64,000 bases of DNA from Gemmatimonadaceae bacterium (GCA_051859245.1 JBHYGA010000005.1:1-64000), one strand, 5' to 3'; counted from the stretch's first letter, positions 28,668 through 38,790 are shown. Notes: a model not told the origin generated them from the sequence alone. Program-made: numbers and translations.

Positions 28668-31600
28668 TCAGGGCACGTTCAGCGTGCGGGTGACCGACTT
28701 GACGCCGTTGGAGAACACCACACGCACTGACGAACGGTTGGTGACAAAGCCGTTGCCCGACGAACGCAGATACGAGAGCACCTGACCGGTCTGAGCATCG
28801 CGCACCATGGCGATGGGCCAGTTGGTATCGTCCCACGTGATGCGCTTTTCCGAACCGCTGCTGCTGATGGTGGCCGACGGATCGGTCACATCGGTGCGGC
28901 CGTCATCGGCCTTGATCACGATCGGCGCGTTGGCCGGATCGCCGCCCATGCTGGCGAGCGCGATGCGCGCCACCTGCTCGGTGGTGCCGTTGGCGCCGCC
29001 CACGATGGCCACAGAGGCCAGGCGCGCGTCGACAGTACCATCCATGGGGACCGCAAAGGCGAAGGCCTGGGCGGTACCGTCATGGTCCACGTCGTCCGGA
29101 TCAAAGGTGAATCCGGTGAGCACGCGACCGGCGTCGTCGCGCAGCTCAAGGCGATAGTTACCGGCCCGCGTTGCAACGACGGGTGTAGTGGTCAAGCGGA
29201 ACGCTGGCTCCAGCGTGACGACACCATTCTTGATGCGACCCCACACCATCAGCGTGGTCTGCGGGCCGGACACGAAGCCCGCCATCATGGACCCGGTACC
29301 GCGGTAGTTCATGACCGCTGACCACGTATAGTCGCTGATCCACTGCGTGGAGCAGTAGCCCATGATATCGGTGGTCGTGTTGCTCACGATGGAGTTCGTG
29401 GTGGAGTTCCATCCGAAGTTGCCAATGTATCCACTGGCGTACGGATAGTTGGCGTCGGTGTTGCCCGAGCCACACGCGGCCACGTGACGACGGCTGAAGT
29501 TGTGGCCGAGTTCGTGGGCGGTCACACGCGCCACGCTGCCCGACTTGTCCCAGCCGACACCGGCCTTGCCAGGTACGTACGCGTATCCGGCGATGCCACT
29601 GCTGTACGACGTGTTCACGACGCCGAAGTAGTTGGCACTGCTGCCGTCGGCCACACGCAGCGAGTTCATCTCGCTGAGAATCGTGAGCCACGCGCCGTTT
29701 CCATCGCTCGACTGCAGCACCGGAGCGTTGGTGGTATAGGTGGAGCGAACCGACGCGTTGATCTGCGCAAGCGGGAAGATGCGACGCGTCATGCTCACAA
29801 AGTTCGACTCGAGGTTGCCCGAGTTCACGTTACCCGTGAGGTCATTCACCGACTGACGCACCGGCACGAACACCACGTCAAACGGTGCCACGGTGCGTAC
29901 ATCGAGTGCCTGCGTACCAGAGGCTGGCCACGCATTGTCGGTCTCGTCCGATTCACCGATGGCGCCCGTGGGATCCACGTCAACAAGAATACGCAATCCC
30001 ACCCGCATATCGCTGGTGCTTAGTGTGGCGTTCCATGAGCTGTTGAGCGTGCCTTCCGAGATCGTAGTTGGCACCGCGGTTGACGGCGCGTTGATCGTGA
30101 AGGTGCGGAAGTTCGTGGTGCCCGTGTACAGGCGCACGCGCACCGTTGGCTGCAGCGTATTCGTGGCGGAGGCCTTCACAAAGACTCGCAGCAACGCTTC
30201 GCGTCCGGCCACCAGTGGCACCGTTCCGGCAAAGTTCTGAATCGCCTGCGTGACGTGCGCACCGTCGATCATGAGATTCGTGCCGCTGCCACCACCACCA
30301 CCGCCACTCACCGAATAGGTCACGGTGCGTGACGTCGTGGTGCCAGCGGTGACACTCGCGGTCTGCGATGTGGACGACGGTGCGTACGTGCTTCCACTGG
30401 CCGTGACATTCGCGGCCGTCACGGTGTACGTGCCCGGTGCGAGATTCGACAGCGTGGTGGTGCTGGTCACGTTCTGCGAGAAGCTGTTCGGACCCGTCAC
30501 AACGATCGCGCTGTTCGTGCCGGTGGGCAGACCGCTCGTGGTCACAGTGAGGCGACCCGTCGTTGCCGCGTAAGCCACGCTGGCGCTGCTCGCGCTGCCA
30601 ACGGTGACCGAGCGCGTTTGCGAGGCCGGCGTTCCCGCGTACGTATACCCACCGTTGCTCAGGTTGTTGGCCGTGATGGTGTACGTGCCGGCAGCGAGAC
30701 TGTTCAGTGTGGTCGTCGCGGTCAGCGTCTGCGAGAAGCTGTTCGGTCCCGTGACAAGCACGGATCCTGTGGAACCAGTCGGCACGCCGCTGATGGTGAT
30801 GGCGAGCGTGGTGGCTGACGCTGAGTACGTCACAGCGCTAGAGCCGGTGACACCGGCCGTAACGCTCACCGTCTGTGACGCCGACGACGGGGTGTACAAC
30901 GTTCCACTCGCCGTCACATTGGCCGCGGCTACGGTGTACGTGCCTGGCGTCAGATTCGAGAGCGTCGTGGTAGCGGTCACTGCCTGCGAGAAGCTGCCGG
31001 GTCCGGTCACCGTGATCGAACCGTTTGTGCCGCTGGGCAGACCGTTCACGTTCACCGTGAGACGTCCCGTGGTGGCAGCGTACGCCACGCTGGCCGTGCT
31101 TGCTGTGCCGAGTGTAACGGAGCGCGTTTGCGACGCTGGCGTTGCGGCGTACGTGAATCCGTTCGCGGTGATGTTCGCGGCCGCGATCGTGTACGTGCCG
31201 GCCGCGAGATTGCTCAGCGTTGTGGTAGCCGAAAGCGTCTGCGAGAAGCTGTTCGGACCCGTCACCGTGACTGCACCCGCTGCACCGCTCGGCACGCCAC
31301 TCACCGTCACGGCAAGCGTTGTGGCGTTGGCCGAGTAGGTCACCGAGCGCGACGCGGTGTTGCCCGCCGCGATGCTCACCGACTGCGATGTGGCGGACGG
31401 TGTGTACAGCGTTGAACCGCTCGTCACATTGGTGGCGGCTACTGTGTATGTGCCCGGCGCGAGATTCTGCAACGTGGTCGTTGCGATCACGGCTTGCGAG
31501 TAGTTGTTCGGCCCCGTGACGGTGATCGCGGCGTTCGTGCCCGTCGGCAATCCAGTAGACGTGATCGTGAGACGTCCCGTCGCCGCGGCGTACGTGACCG

Positions 31601-34600
31601 ACGCGGCAAAGCTGCCACCGATCGTCACGTTCACCGTTTGAGTCGCGGGCGTACCAGCGTAGCTATATCCACCGTTGCTCACCGCGTTCGCCGCAATCGT
31701 GTACGTACCAGCGGCGAGGCCATTCAATGTGCCGGTGGCTGTCATCGTCTGCGAGAACCCACTCGGGCCTGTCACAAGCACCGACGCGTTCGTACCGGTA
31801 GGCAGTCCGCCAATGGTGACAGCGAGACTTGTTCCAGCGCTCGCGAACGACACGCTCCGTGACGCGGTTGCGCCGGCGGTCACGCTTACCGTCTGCGATG
31901 CGCTGGACGGCGAGTAGAGCGTGCTGCCACTCGTGACCGTGCTTGATGCCACGGTGTACGTGCCAGGTTCGAGATTGCCGAGCGTTGTGGTGCTCGTGAC
32001 CGTCTGCGAGTAGCTGTTCGGGCCGGTTACCGTAATCGGTGCATTCGTGCCGCTCGGCAGTCCACTCACGGTGACCGTGAGTCGACCGCTCGTTGCCGCG
32101 TAGGCAATTGCGTGCGACTTGGCTTCACCCGACGCTACGGACACGCTCGATGACGTGGGTGTTGCGCCGTACAGGTAGCCGCCCGACGAAATGGTGCCAG
32201 CGGCAACGGTGTACGTACCCGAAGACAGATCGGTCAGTGTTTGCGACGAGGTCAGCGACCGCGTAAAGCTGCTCGGACCTGTCACGGTGACCGCTGCGCT
32301 CGCACCCAGCGGCACGCCGCTCACCGTCACCGCCAGGGTGGCGGAGGTCGCAGCGTACGTGACGCTGCGCGAGCTCTGTGCGCCAGCGGTGAGCGATACC
32401 GTTTGTGTGGTTGGCGTTGGCGAGTACGTGATCCCGCTGTTCGTCACGCTCGCGCTCGTGATGGTGTACGTACCCACTGCGAGTTCCGTGAGCGTGGTTG
32501 ATGTGGTCACGACGCGTGAGAAGCTCGCCGGACCGGTCACCGTAATCGCCGCGTTCACGCCCGACGGGACACCGGACACGTCGATCGTCAGCGCGGTGGT
32601 GCTGCTGGTGTACGCCACACCACGCACCGCGGTGTTGCCGCTGCTGACGGCAACACTCTGTGCGGCAGTCGCCGGTGTGAAGCTGGTGGCACCACTGCTC
32701 GTGGTCGCGGCGGTAATCGTGTACGTGCCGGCCACAAGATCCGTCAACGTTTGCGACGACGATACCACTCGCGAGAAACTGTTCGGGCCGGTCACGGTCA
32801 CCGGCGCGTTCACGCCCGCTGGCAATCCGCTCACCGTCACCGTGAGCGCGCCGCTCGCGACGCTATACGCAAGTGACGCTGACTTGCTCTCACCCGTGGC
32901 GAGCAACACGCTCTGCGACGCCGGTGTGGCGTTGTAGCCGTAGTTGCCCACGACAATGCGCGACGCGGACACGGTGTACGTACCGGCCGACGGCGCCGAT
33001 AACGTGGTGCTGCCACTGACACTCTGCACAAATCCGTTCGGGCCGCTCACCGTGATGTCGGCCTGACCACCAGTCGGCACACCCGACGCGTTGATCGCGA
33101 GCGACGTTGTTGCTCCGGTGTACGCCACGGAACGCGACGCTGACGCGCCAGCCGCAACCGACACAGTCTGTGACGCGGCGGACGGCGAGTAGTTCGTGCT
33201 GCCAACGGCGACGGCGTCGGCGGAAATCGTATACGTGCCGGCCTCAAGTCCAACGAGCGTTTGCGATCCGTTCAGTACCCGATTGTATCCGTTCGGACCC
33301 GTGACCGTGATGTCAGCACTCGTGCCGCTTGGCAAACCTGTCACGGTCACCGCGAGATGGCCCGTCACTCGTGCAAACGTGAGCGGCGCATCGACGGTAT
33401 CAGCGCTGGCAACAGCAATGGAACGCGTGGCTGGCGTGGCGGCCCACCGATCACCATTCACGGTGACGGAGTTACCCGTGACCACCCACGAGCCCACCGC
33501 GAGATTGCCCACCAGGCTGCTTTGCGACAACGAAATCGAAGCGCCCGCAGGACCAGAGAGTGTAGCCGCGCCCGCGGTCGGTGCGGGCAATCCGCTCATC
33601 GTCACCCGTACCGCGCCGGACGCGGTGCTGTAGTTCACTGGTGCACCCACCGCCACAACCGATGCGATCACGGAGACGGTGCGCAGTGATGGTGATGCTG
33701 CATACGACGTGCTGCCGGACGTGACAGCGGCGGCACTCACCGAGTACGTGCCGGGCGCGAGTCCCAACAATGTTTCGGTAGACGTGACCGTCTTGAAGTA
33801 GCTGTTCGGACCCGTCACGCTGATGTTCGCATTCGTGCCAGCCGGCAGTCCGGCCACACTGATGGCAATGGATCCCGTGCTGATGGCGTACGTGATCAAC
33901 TGCGTTTCGCGGTCGCCGGACGTCAACGCAACATCGATGCTCGCAGGCGTTGCATCATAGGAAGCGATGCTCGAGTTCACGCGCGACGACACAATGCGAT
34001 ACGTGCCGGGCGTGAGATTTTCGAGCACTGTGGGGCCGGAGATGTCACGCGCAAAACCAGACGGACCGGTCACGCGCGTGTCCGGCGCGGTGCCACCTGG
34101 CAGTCCGCTGAAATCAATGGTGAGCGACGTGGACTGTCCGCCGTAGCTCACCGTCTTTGTGGTCGTATTGCCACGTGTTACTGACACCGTGCTGGTGGTG
34201 GGCGACGCCGTGTACTGCGTGCTACCACTCGTGACCGGTGACACGGTGACCGTGTACGTGCCTGGCTGCAGGCCGGCGAGCGTAGTCGACGAGGTCACCG
34301 TCTGATCAAACGACGTACCGGTCACACGAATCGCCGCCGCAGTGCCGGAGGGCAATCCCACCACCGAGATCGCCAGCGCACCTGTGCGCGGCGAGTATGT
34401 GACGCCCGTTTTCGATGTCTCCCTGACCTTTACCTGCTGCTGACGCGATGTCACATCCGGATCCCAGCTCTCCGAACCGACTTTCACCGTCTGCGCTTCG
34501 ATCAGATACTGGCCCGGTGCGAGATCCTCGAGTGTCTGCGTTTCGTCGACCCACACCACAGAGCCGTTCGGACGCGTGACCTTCACGAGCGCGCCCAGTG

Positions 34601-35885
34601 TTGGCGGCAGACCGTTGATCTCAAGTTCCAGCGCACCCACGGCGCCACCGTACTGAATCTCGGCGGGCACCGCAATCATTGACGCGGCAACGGTGACTTC
34701 GAGCGTGCTCGGAGCGGCTGCGTACGTGACACCGCTCGCGGTGACACTATTGGCCGCAATGCGATACACGCCAGGCGCTAGATCGGTGAGCGTTTGCGTG
34801 CTGCTGACAGAGCGCGAATACCCTGACGGCCCCGTGACCGTGATGTTCGCATTCGTGCCGCTCGGCAATCCACCCACGAGTACGGCAATCGCGCCCGTGC
34901 TCAGGCGATACGAAAACGCGAGCGTGCGCTGCTGCGTACCACTGATTGACGCGTCGCGCGTTGTACCATCTGGATCATATGAATATCCATTGGCGCTCAC
35001 GCGGGCTGCGGTCGCACGGTACACACCAGGCTCGAGTCCCTCGAACACACGCGTTGCATCAGCGCGGCCGGAGAATCCATTCGGACCCGTTACACTGATG
35101 CCGGCGAGCGTGCCACCAGGCAGGCCGTCAACGGCGATCGTGAGTTTGCCCTTCGCACGTCCGAACGCGAACTGCGCGGTTCCCACCGTGGTGGCCGCGA
35201 GCGAAACGCTGAGCGTTGAAGGTGTTGCTTCAAAACGGCCGTCGGTCGTTTCAACGGCTTCGGCAATCAATGTGTACTGTCCGGCACCAAGCAGCGTGAC
35301 GGTGTCACCCGTCAGCGCCGTGCCCGAGAAGCCGCTTGTGCTCGAAATGCGAACGGTTGAACGCGCGTACGACGGCAAGCCCGTGGCCGAGATCACGATC
35401 GACGCGGTGACGGGGCGAAAGCGCACCGTGACTCGCGGTGCGGCCTGACCGGCGCGCACACTGACCATCTGCGTGGCCGGATCTCCTTCCCACAGCACCG
35501 AGTCCACGCTCACCGGCTCCGCGATCACCTGATAGTCGCCGGGCGGCAGCGAATCGACTGTCGCGGTGCGCCGAACGATCCGCTGCACACCGGCTGCCTT
35601 CACGACAATTCGTGGCTCTATGCCACTCGGGGCATTCGCAACTTCCACGGCCAGCGCGCCGAGCGTCGGTGCTGGTGGTGGCGCATCCGGATTCTGGACG
35701 GGTGGTGGTGTCACAGGTTTGGACGGTGGCGCCGTAGGCGCATCACCGCCGGCACACGCGCTAAGCGCAGCCAGTGCTGTGATGGCGACAATCTGTCGCG
35801 GAAATCGGCGTGCCCAGAACCGAGAAAGAACACCACTGCGAAATGGCGCAGCGTGCAGGCGCGAGACGATCGTTGAGAGTGACAT
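28668..35885 (-). CDS. Giant lipoprotein: about 21 tandem 85-aa beta-sandwich repeats plus a C-terminal metzincin (M66-like) metalloprotease
   Basis: Lipobox LSA|C; repeats G.L.V.VSGLP.GT.A.I.VTGP......TL..L..GTYTV; HELGHNFSRRH zinc motif and DIMGYC Met-turn. Confidence 0.88.
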   Translation of the reverse strand: MSLSTIVSRLHAAPFRSGVLSRFWARRFPRQIVAITALAALSACAGGDAPTAPPSKPVTPPPVQNPDAPPPAPTLGALAVEVANAPSGIEPRIVVKAAGVQRIVRRTATVDSLPPGDYQVIAEPVSVDSVLWEGDPATQMVSVRAGQAAPRVTVRFRPVTASIVISATGLPSYARSTVRISSTSGFSGTALTGDTVTLLGAGQYTLIAEAVETTDGRFEATPSTLSVSLAATTVGTAQFAFGRAKGKLTIAVDGLPGGTLAGISVTGPNGFSGRADATRVFEGLEPGVYRATAARVSANGYSYDPDGTTRDASISGTQQRTLAFSYRLSTGAIAVLVGGLPSGTNANITVTGPSGYSRSVSSTQTLTDLAPGVYRIAANSVTASGVTYAAAPSTLEVTVAASMIAVPAEIQYGGAVGALELEINGLPPTLGALVKVTRPNGSVVWVDETQTLEDLAPGQYLIEAQTVKVGSESWDPDVTSRQQQVKVRETSKTGVTYSPRTGALAISVVGLPSGTAAAIRVTGTSFDQTVTSSTTLAGLQPGTYTVTVSPVTSGSTQYTASPTTSTVSVTRGNTTTKTVSYGGQSTSLTIDFSGLPGGTAPDTRVTGPSGFARDISGPTVLENLTPGTYRIVSSRVNSSIASYDATPASIDVALTSGDRETQLITYAISTGSIAISVAGLPAGTNANISVTGPNSYFKTVTSTETLLGLAPGTYSVSAAAVTSGSTSYAASPSLRTVSVIASVVAVGAPVNYSTASGAVRVTMSGLPAPTAGAATLSGPAGASISLSQSSLVGNLAVGSWVVTGNSVTVNGDRWAATPATRSIAVASADTVDAPLTFARVTGHLAVTVTGLPSGTSADITVTGPNGYNRVLNGSQTLVGLEAGTYTISADAVAVGSTNYSPSAASQTVSVAAGASASRSVAYTGATTSLAINASGVPTGGQADITVSGPNGFVQSVSGSTTLSAPSAGTYTVSASRIVVGNYGYNATPASQSVLLATGESKSASLAYSVASGALTVTVSGLPAGVNAPVTVTGPNSFSRVVSSSQTLTDLVAGTYTITAATTSSGATSFTPATAAQSVAVSSGNTAVRGVAYTSSTTALTIDVSGVPSGVNAAITVTGPASFSRVVTTSTTLTELAVGTYTITSASVTNSGITYSPTPTTQTVSLTAGAQSSRSVTYAATSATLAVTVSGVPLGASAAVTVTGPSSFTRSLTSSQTLTDLSSGTYTVAAGTISSGGYLYGATPTSSSVSVASGEAKSHAIAYAATSGRLTVTVSGLPSGTNAPITVTGPNSYSQTVTSTTTLGNLEPGTYTVASSTVTSGSTLYSPSSASQTVSVTAGATASRSVSFASAGTSLAVTIGGLPTGTNASVLVTGPSGFSQTMTATGTLNGLAAGTYTIAANAVSNGGYSYAGTPATQTVNVTIGGSFAASVTYAAATGRLTITSTGLPTGTNAAITVTGPNNYSQAVIATTTLQNLAPGTYTVAATNVTSGSTLYTPSATSQSVSIAAGNTASRSVTYSANATTLAVTVSGVPSGAAGAVTVTGPNSFSQTLSATTTLSNLAAGTYTIAAANITANGFTYAATPASQTRSVTLGTASTASVAYAATTGRLTVNVNGLPSGTNGSITVTGPGSFSQAVTATTTLSNLTPGTYTVAAANVTASGTLYTPSSASQTVSVTAGVTGSSAVTYSASATTLAITISGVPTGSTGSVLVTGPNSFSQTLTATTTLNSLAAGTYTITANNLSNGGYTYAGTPASQTRSVTVGSASSASVAYAATTGRLTVTTSGLPTGTNSAIVVTGPNSFSQNVTSTTTLSNLAPGTYTVTAANVTASGSTYAPSSTSQTASVTAGTTTSRTVTYSVSGGGGGGSGTNLMIDGAHVTQAIQNFAGTVPLVAGREALLRVFVKASATNTLQPTVRVRLYTGTTNFRTFTINAPSTAVPTTISEGTLNSSWNATLSTSDMRVGLRILVDVDPTGAIGESDETDNAWPASGTQALDVRTVAPFDVVFVPVRQSVNDLTGNVNSGNLESNFVSMTRRIFPLAQINASVRSTYTTNAPVLQSSDGNGAWLTILSEMNSLRVADGSSANYFGVVNTSYSSGIAGYAYVPGKAGVGWDKSGSVARVTAHELGHNFSRRHVAACGSGNTDANYPYASGYIGNFGWNSTTNSIVSNTTTDIMGYCSTQWISDYTWSAVMNYRGTGSMMAGFVSGPQTTLMVWGRIKNGVVTLEPAFRLTTTPVVATRAGNYRLELRDDAGRVLTGFTFDPDDVDHDGTAQAFAFAVPMDGTVDARLASVAIVGGANGTTEQVARIALASMGGDPANAPIVIKADDGRTDVTDPSATISSSGSEKRITWDDTNWPIAMVRDAQTGQVLSYLRSSGNGFVTNRSSVRVVFSNGVKSVTRTLNVP
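30310..35660 (-). repeat. Intragenic tandem array of about 21 units of 255 nt (85 aa)
   Basis: Homologous positions at 30481, 30736, 30991, 31246, 31501, 31756, 32011, 32266, 32521, 32776, 33031, 33286 and 33541 are exactly 255 nt apart; spacing is 252-258 nt beyond that. Confidence 0.92.
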
Positions 35886-36043
35886 ACGGTGCTACGACGA
35901 CCCACAAAAACGCGAGGAACGGAGAACAGCGGCTTTTCATGTTGTTTGTGCTCCATGATGCCGGTTGAGTGACAGTGGCTAGTGTCGGACGCAACCTGAC
36001 AGACTTCAGCAAGCTCTGCTGTGACCGTCTTGTAGGTGCAGAA

Positions 36044-36062
36044 TGTGACGCCGCGCACGCGT
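36044..36062. promoter_or_regulatory. CRP/FNR-like site TGTGA-N6-GCACGCGT upstream of the giant protease gene
   Basis: TGTGA CGCCGC GCACGCGT; additional TGTGAC hexamers near 36020, 36083 and 36200. Confidence 0.4.
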
Positions 36063-36139
36063 TTTTCGGATTGTGCTCGCTGTGTGACAACCGTGCCTGC
36101 TGTGTAACGGTCCAGTCATGAAACAGTGCGCTGGGTCGC

Positions 36140-36174
36140 AAAAAAACCGCGCGCAACCCGAAAGTTGCGCGCGG
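36140..36174 (-). terminator. Terminator of the shorter protease gene
   Basis: Minus strand CCGCGCGCAAC-TTTCGG-GTTGCGCGCGG followed by T7. Confidence 0.9.
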
Positions 36175-36248
36175 CACGGAGTACAGATTTCTCACTCTTT
36201 GTGACGATTATTTCCCGCTGGTGAACGTGTCAGGCGTGATTTCAACCG

Positions 36249-38765
36249 CTACGGAACAATTCGACTCGTCGTGGAGCGCACACCGTCGCTCACAATGACA
36301 TCCACCGGCCCGCCTCGCCACGCAACGAGATCACTGGACGCGCGCAGAATCGACAAAACGCGACCCGTTGCCGCGTCGCGCACCATCGCACGCGGAAACT
36401 GTGCCGTGTCCCACTGCACGCGGAGTCGATCACCGTTTCTGGTCACGCGAGTTGCCGCCACGCTGCGTGCGGCTGTGACGGCACTGGCGACCTGCGCCGC
36501 GCGTGAACGATCGCGCGAGGCCACGGCCACAGGCGAGCGTACATCCTGCACGCGAAGCGACACAATCGACGCGTGTTGTTCCGCCGTGACGGGCAACGTG
36601 GTGGCAAATGCCCGCGCGTTACTCGCGCTGTGGTCAATCGTGGGAGCGGGTGTGGTTGTGGTGGCGACCACGCGGCCGTTCGCATCGAGCGCATCAATCC
36701 GCAGCCACTGCTCACTCTCAGCTGCAGTCTCTGCCTGGCCACTGCCGGCGCCGTCGAGCAGAAACGCTGGCTCCACGCTAATGCGTCCGTCGCGCACCGT
36801 GCCCCACACCAGCAGGCGATCGATATCGCGCGCGTGCAGCGCAGCGTGCGTTGGTTGCTCCAGTGCATTCACTGACACGCCACGGTAGTTCAGCGCGCGC
36901 GACCAATTGTGCGCGCTGATCCACTGATTGCTGCAATAGCCCATCAGATCGGTGGCCGTTGGGGACACCAATGCATTGGTCAGCGAATTCCACCCCCACG
37001 CGCCAATCACGCCGCCAGCGTGCGGATACTGCGAGTCTGAGCTCGCCACGTTACCGCACGGCGCGTGCGGACGGCCGAAGTTGTGTCCCCACTCGTGGGC
37101 TGCCACTCGCGCGCCGCCAGGCAGATAGTCCCAGCCCACCGCGGCGCGACCAGGCACAAAACCGTAGCCTGCAATACCGCTGCTGTAGTTCACCTTGACC
37201 ACACCGTACCAATACTCACCGGCTGTGCCTTCCACGGCGCGCAGCGCGTTGATCTCGCTCAGCAGCGACGTCCACGCGCGGTTTGCGTCGCCCGATTGCA
37301 ACACGCCAACGTTGGCGGTGTAGGGCTGGCGCACTCGCACATCAATCGCCGAAATAGGCAACAGGCGTTCTGCGACGTCTGTGAACGAGCGCTTGTTGGC
37401 CTCTGTCACGTTGCCAGTGCGTGTGGTCAGTGAATCCACAACGTTCACTACCGGCACGAGCACCGTACGCCACGTACTCACGCGCGTGACGGCCACTGAC
37501 TGTGGTGTGCCATTGCGCGGCCACACGTTATCGCTCGGATCATCATCGCCGGCAATGGAGCGCGTGGGGTCGGCCTCAATCAGGATGCGCAAGCCAGGCA
37601 CGATGTGCACCGCGCTAATGCGTACGTTCCAGCTTTTGCTCAGCACCCCTTCGCTGATCACGGTGTCGACGCTTGCCGACGCAGCGGGCATGTCAACGGT
37701 CTGCACGAGCGTGTTGCCATTGTACACACGCGCGCGCACGGACGGCCGCCAATCGTTCGGCTCGTTGGCTCGTAAAAACACGCGGAGCAAGGCGTCACGT
37801 TCGGCAACAAGTGGCGCGCTTCCGTCGAACGTCTGAATGGCCTGCGTGAGGTAAGCGCTCTCCACCGAAAAATTTGTTTTGATCGGTGTGGACGTAAACG
37901 TGACGGGCACGTCGGTCAGCACGCCGAGTGCCACGTCGATCGGCTGTGTCACGACAGCGGGTGCGTACCGAGATCCACTAATCGTGACCGGGCCTGTGGA
38001 CAGCTGCCACGTGCCAGGCGCAAGATCGGGAAACAGTCCGGGGCCCACGCGCGTGTGCACGGTGGTGCCGCGCGAAATCGTGAATGACGGTGACGCCACG
38101 CCACCTAAACCCGTGGCCGTGATTTCAATGGCTCCGCTGGCGACCGCGAACGGAACAGTCGCGGTGGCGGTGTCGCCCGGCACGACCACGCGCGCAATGG
38201 GCGCATCGACCGGTTCCCACACGAAGTTGTTGGCGCTCAAACGTTGTCCCGTCAGCGTCCACCGACCGGCCACAGGCGCCACAAACGGTGTGCCGGCAAT
38301 CGCCGTATAGTCCGTTCCATCCGGCGCCGTCAAACGCATTGTTGCGGTGGTGCTCGGCGGCAGCCCTTCGGCCGTGGCCGACAGCACAATCGGTGCGGCG
38401 GCGTACCGCACCGTTTCATTGGTGACGAGTGCGACCACAATCGTGGCACCATACTCGTCGCGTTCCGGCACCCACCGACCAACACCCGCGACCGATGGTT
38501 GCGCGGGGCGGATGGTCACGAGCCCCGGCGTAAGATTGCGCACGGTGTCCGTGCCCGCGACCACACGCACGGCGCCATCGGCAGACGTGATGGTAAACGT
38601 GGGTGTGTGTGTGGCCGGCAGACCGGCGGTGCTGAGCACCAGCGTGCCGGTGGTTACAGGCGGTACGGCCGGCCCGCTCGGACCATCGCCGCACCCGACA
38701 ATGAACGCGGCCGCTGCGACCAACGCGGCCGATCGAACAACCCTCTGGCGGTGCAACGAGCGCAT
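36249..38765 (-). CDS. Lipoprotein metzincin (M66-like) metalloprotease with three 85-aa repeats; paralog of 28668-35885
   Basis: Lipobox FIVG|C; three GLP...G.W/T repeats; TQAIQTFDG.APLVA.RDALLRVF; HEWGHNFGRPH; DLMGYC. ATG 38765 chosen as start. Confidence 0.88.
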   Translation of the reverse strand: MRSLHRQRVVRSAALVAAAAFIVGCGDGPSGPAVPPVTTGTLVLSTAGLPATHTPTFTITSADGAVRVVAGTDTVRNLTPGLVTIRPAQPSVAGVGRWVPERDEYGATIVVALVTNETVRYAAAPIVLSATAEGLPPSTTATMRLTAPDGTDYTAIAGTPFVAPVAGRWTLTGQRLSANNFVWEPVDAPIARVVVPGDTATATVPFAVASGAIEITATGLGGVASPSFTISRGTTVHTRVGPGLFPDLAPGTWQLSTGPVTISGSRYAPAVVTQPIDVALGVLTDVPVTFTSTPIKTNFSVESAYLTQAIQTFDGSAPLVAERDALLRVFLRANEPNDWRPSVRARVYNGNTLVQTVDMPAASASVDTVISEGVLSKSWNVRISAVHIVPGLRILIEADPTRSIAGDDDPSDNVWPRNGTPQSVAVTRVSTWRTVLVPVVNVVDSLTTRTGNVTEANKRSFTDVAERLLPISAIDVRVRQPYTANVGVLQSGDANRAWTSLLSEINALRAVEGTAGEYWYGVVKVNYSSGIAGYGFVPGRAAVGWDYLPGGARVAAHEWGHNFGRPHAPCGNVASSDSQYPHAGGVIGAWGWNSLTNALVSPTATDLMGYCSNQWISAHNWSRALNYRGVSVNALEQPTHAALHARDIDRLLVWGTVRDGRISVEPAFLLDGAGSGQAETAAESEQWLRIDALDANGRVVATTTTPAPTIDHSASNARAFATTLPVTAEQHASIVSLRVQDVRSPVAVASRDRSRAAQVASAVTAARSVAATRVTRNGDRLRVQWDTAQFPRAMVRDAATGRVLSILRASSDLVAWRGGPVDVIVSDGVRSTTSRIVP

Positions 38766-38790
38766 GGACGGGTGTCTCGAAGAAGAAGCA

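Noticed and set aside
28668..37900. Diversity-generating retroelement TR/VR pair in the two protease C-termini
   Set aside because: Similarity is at the protein level with general divergence, not adenine-specific; no reverse transcriptase in the window.
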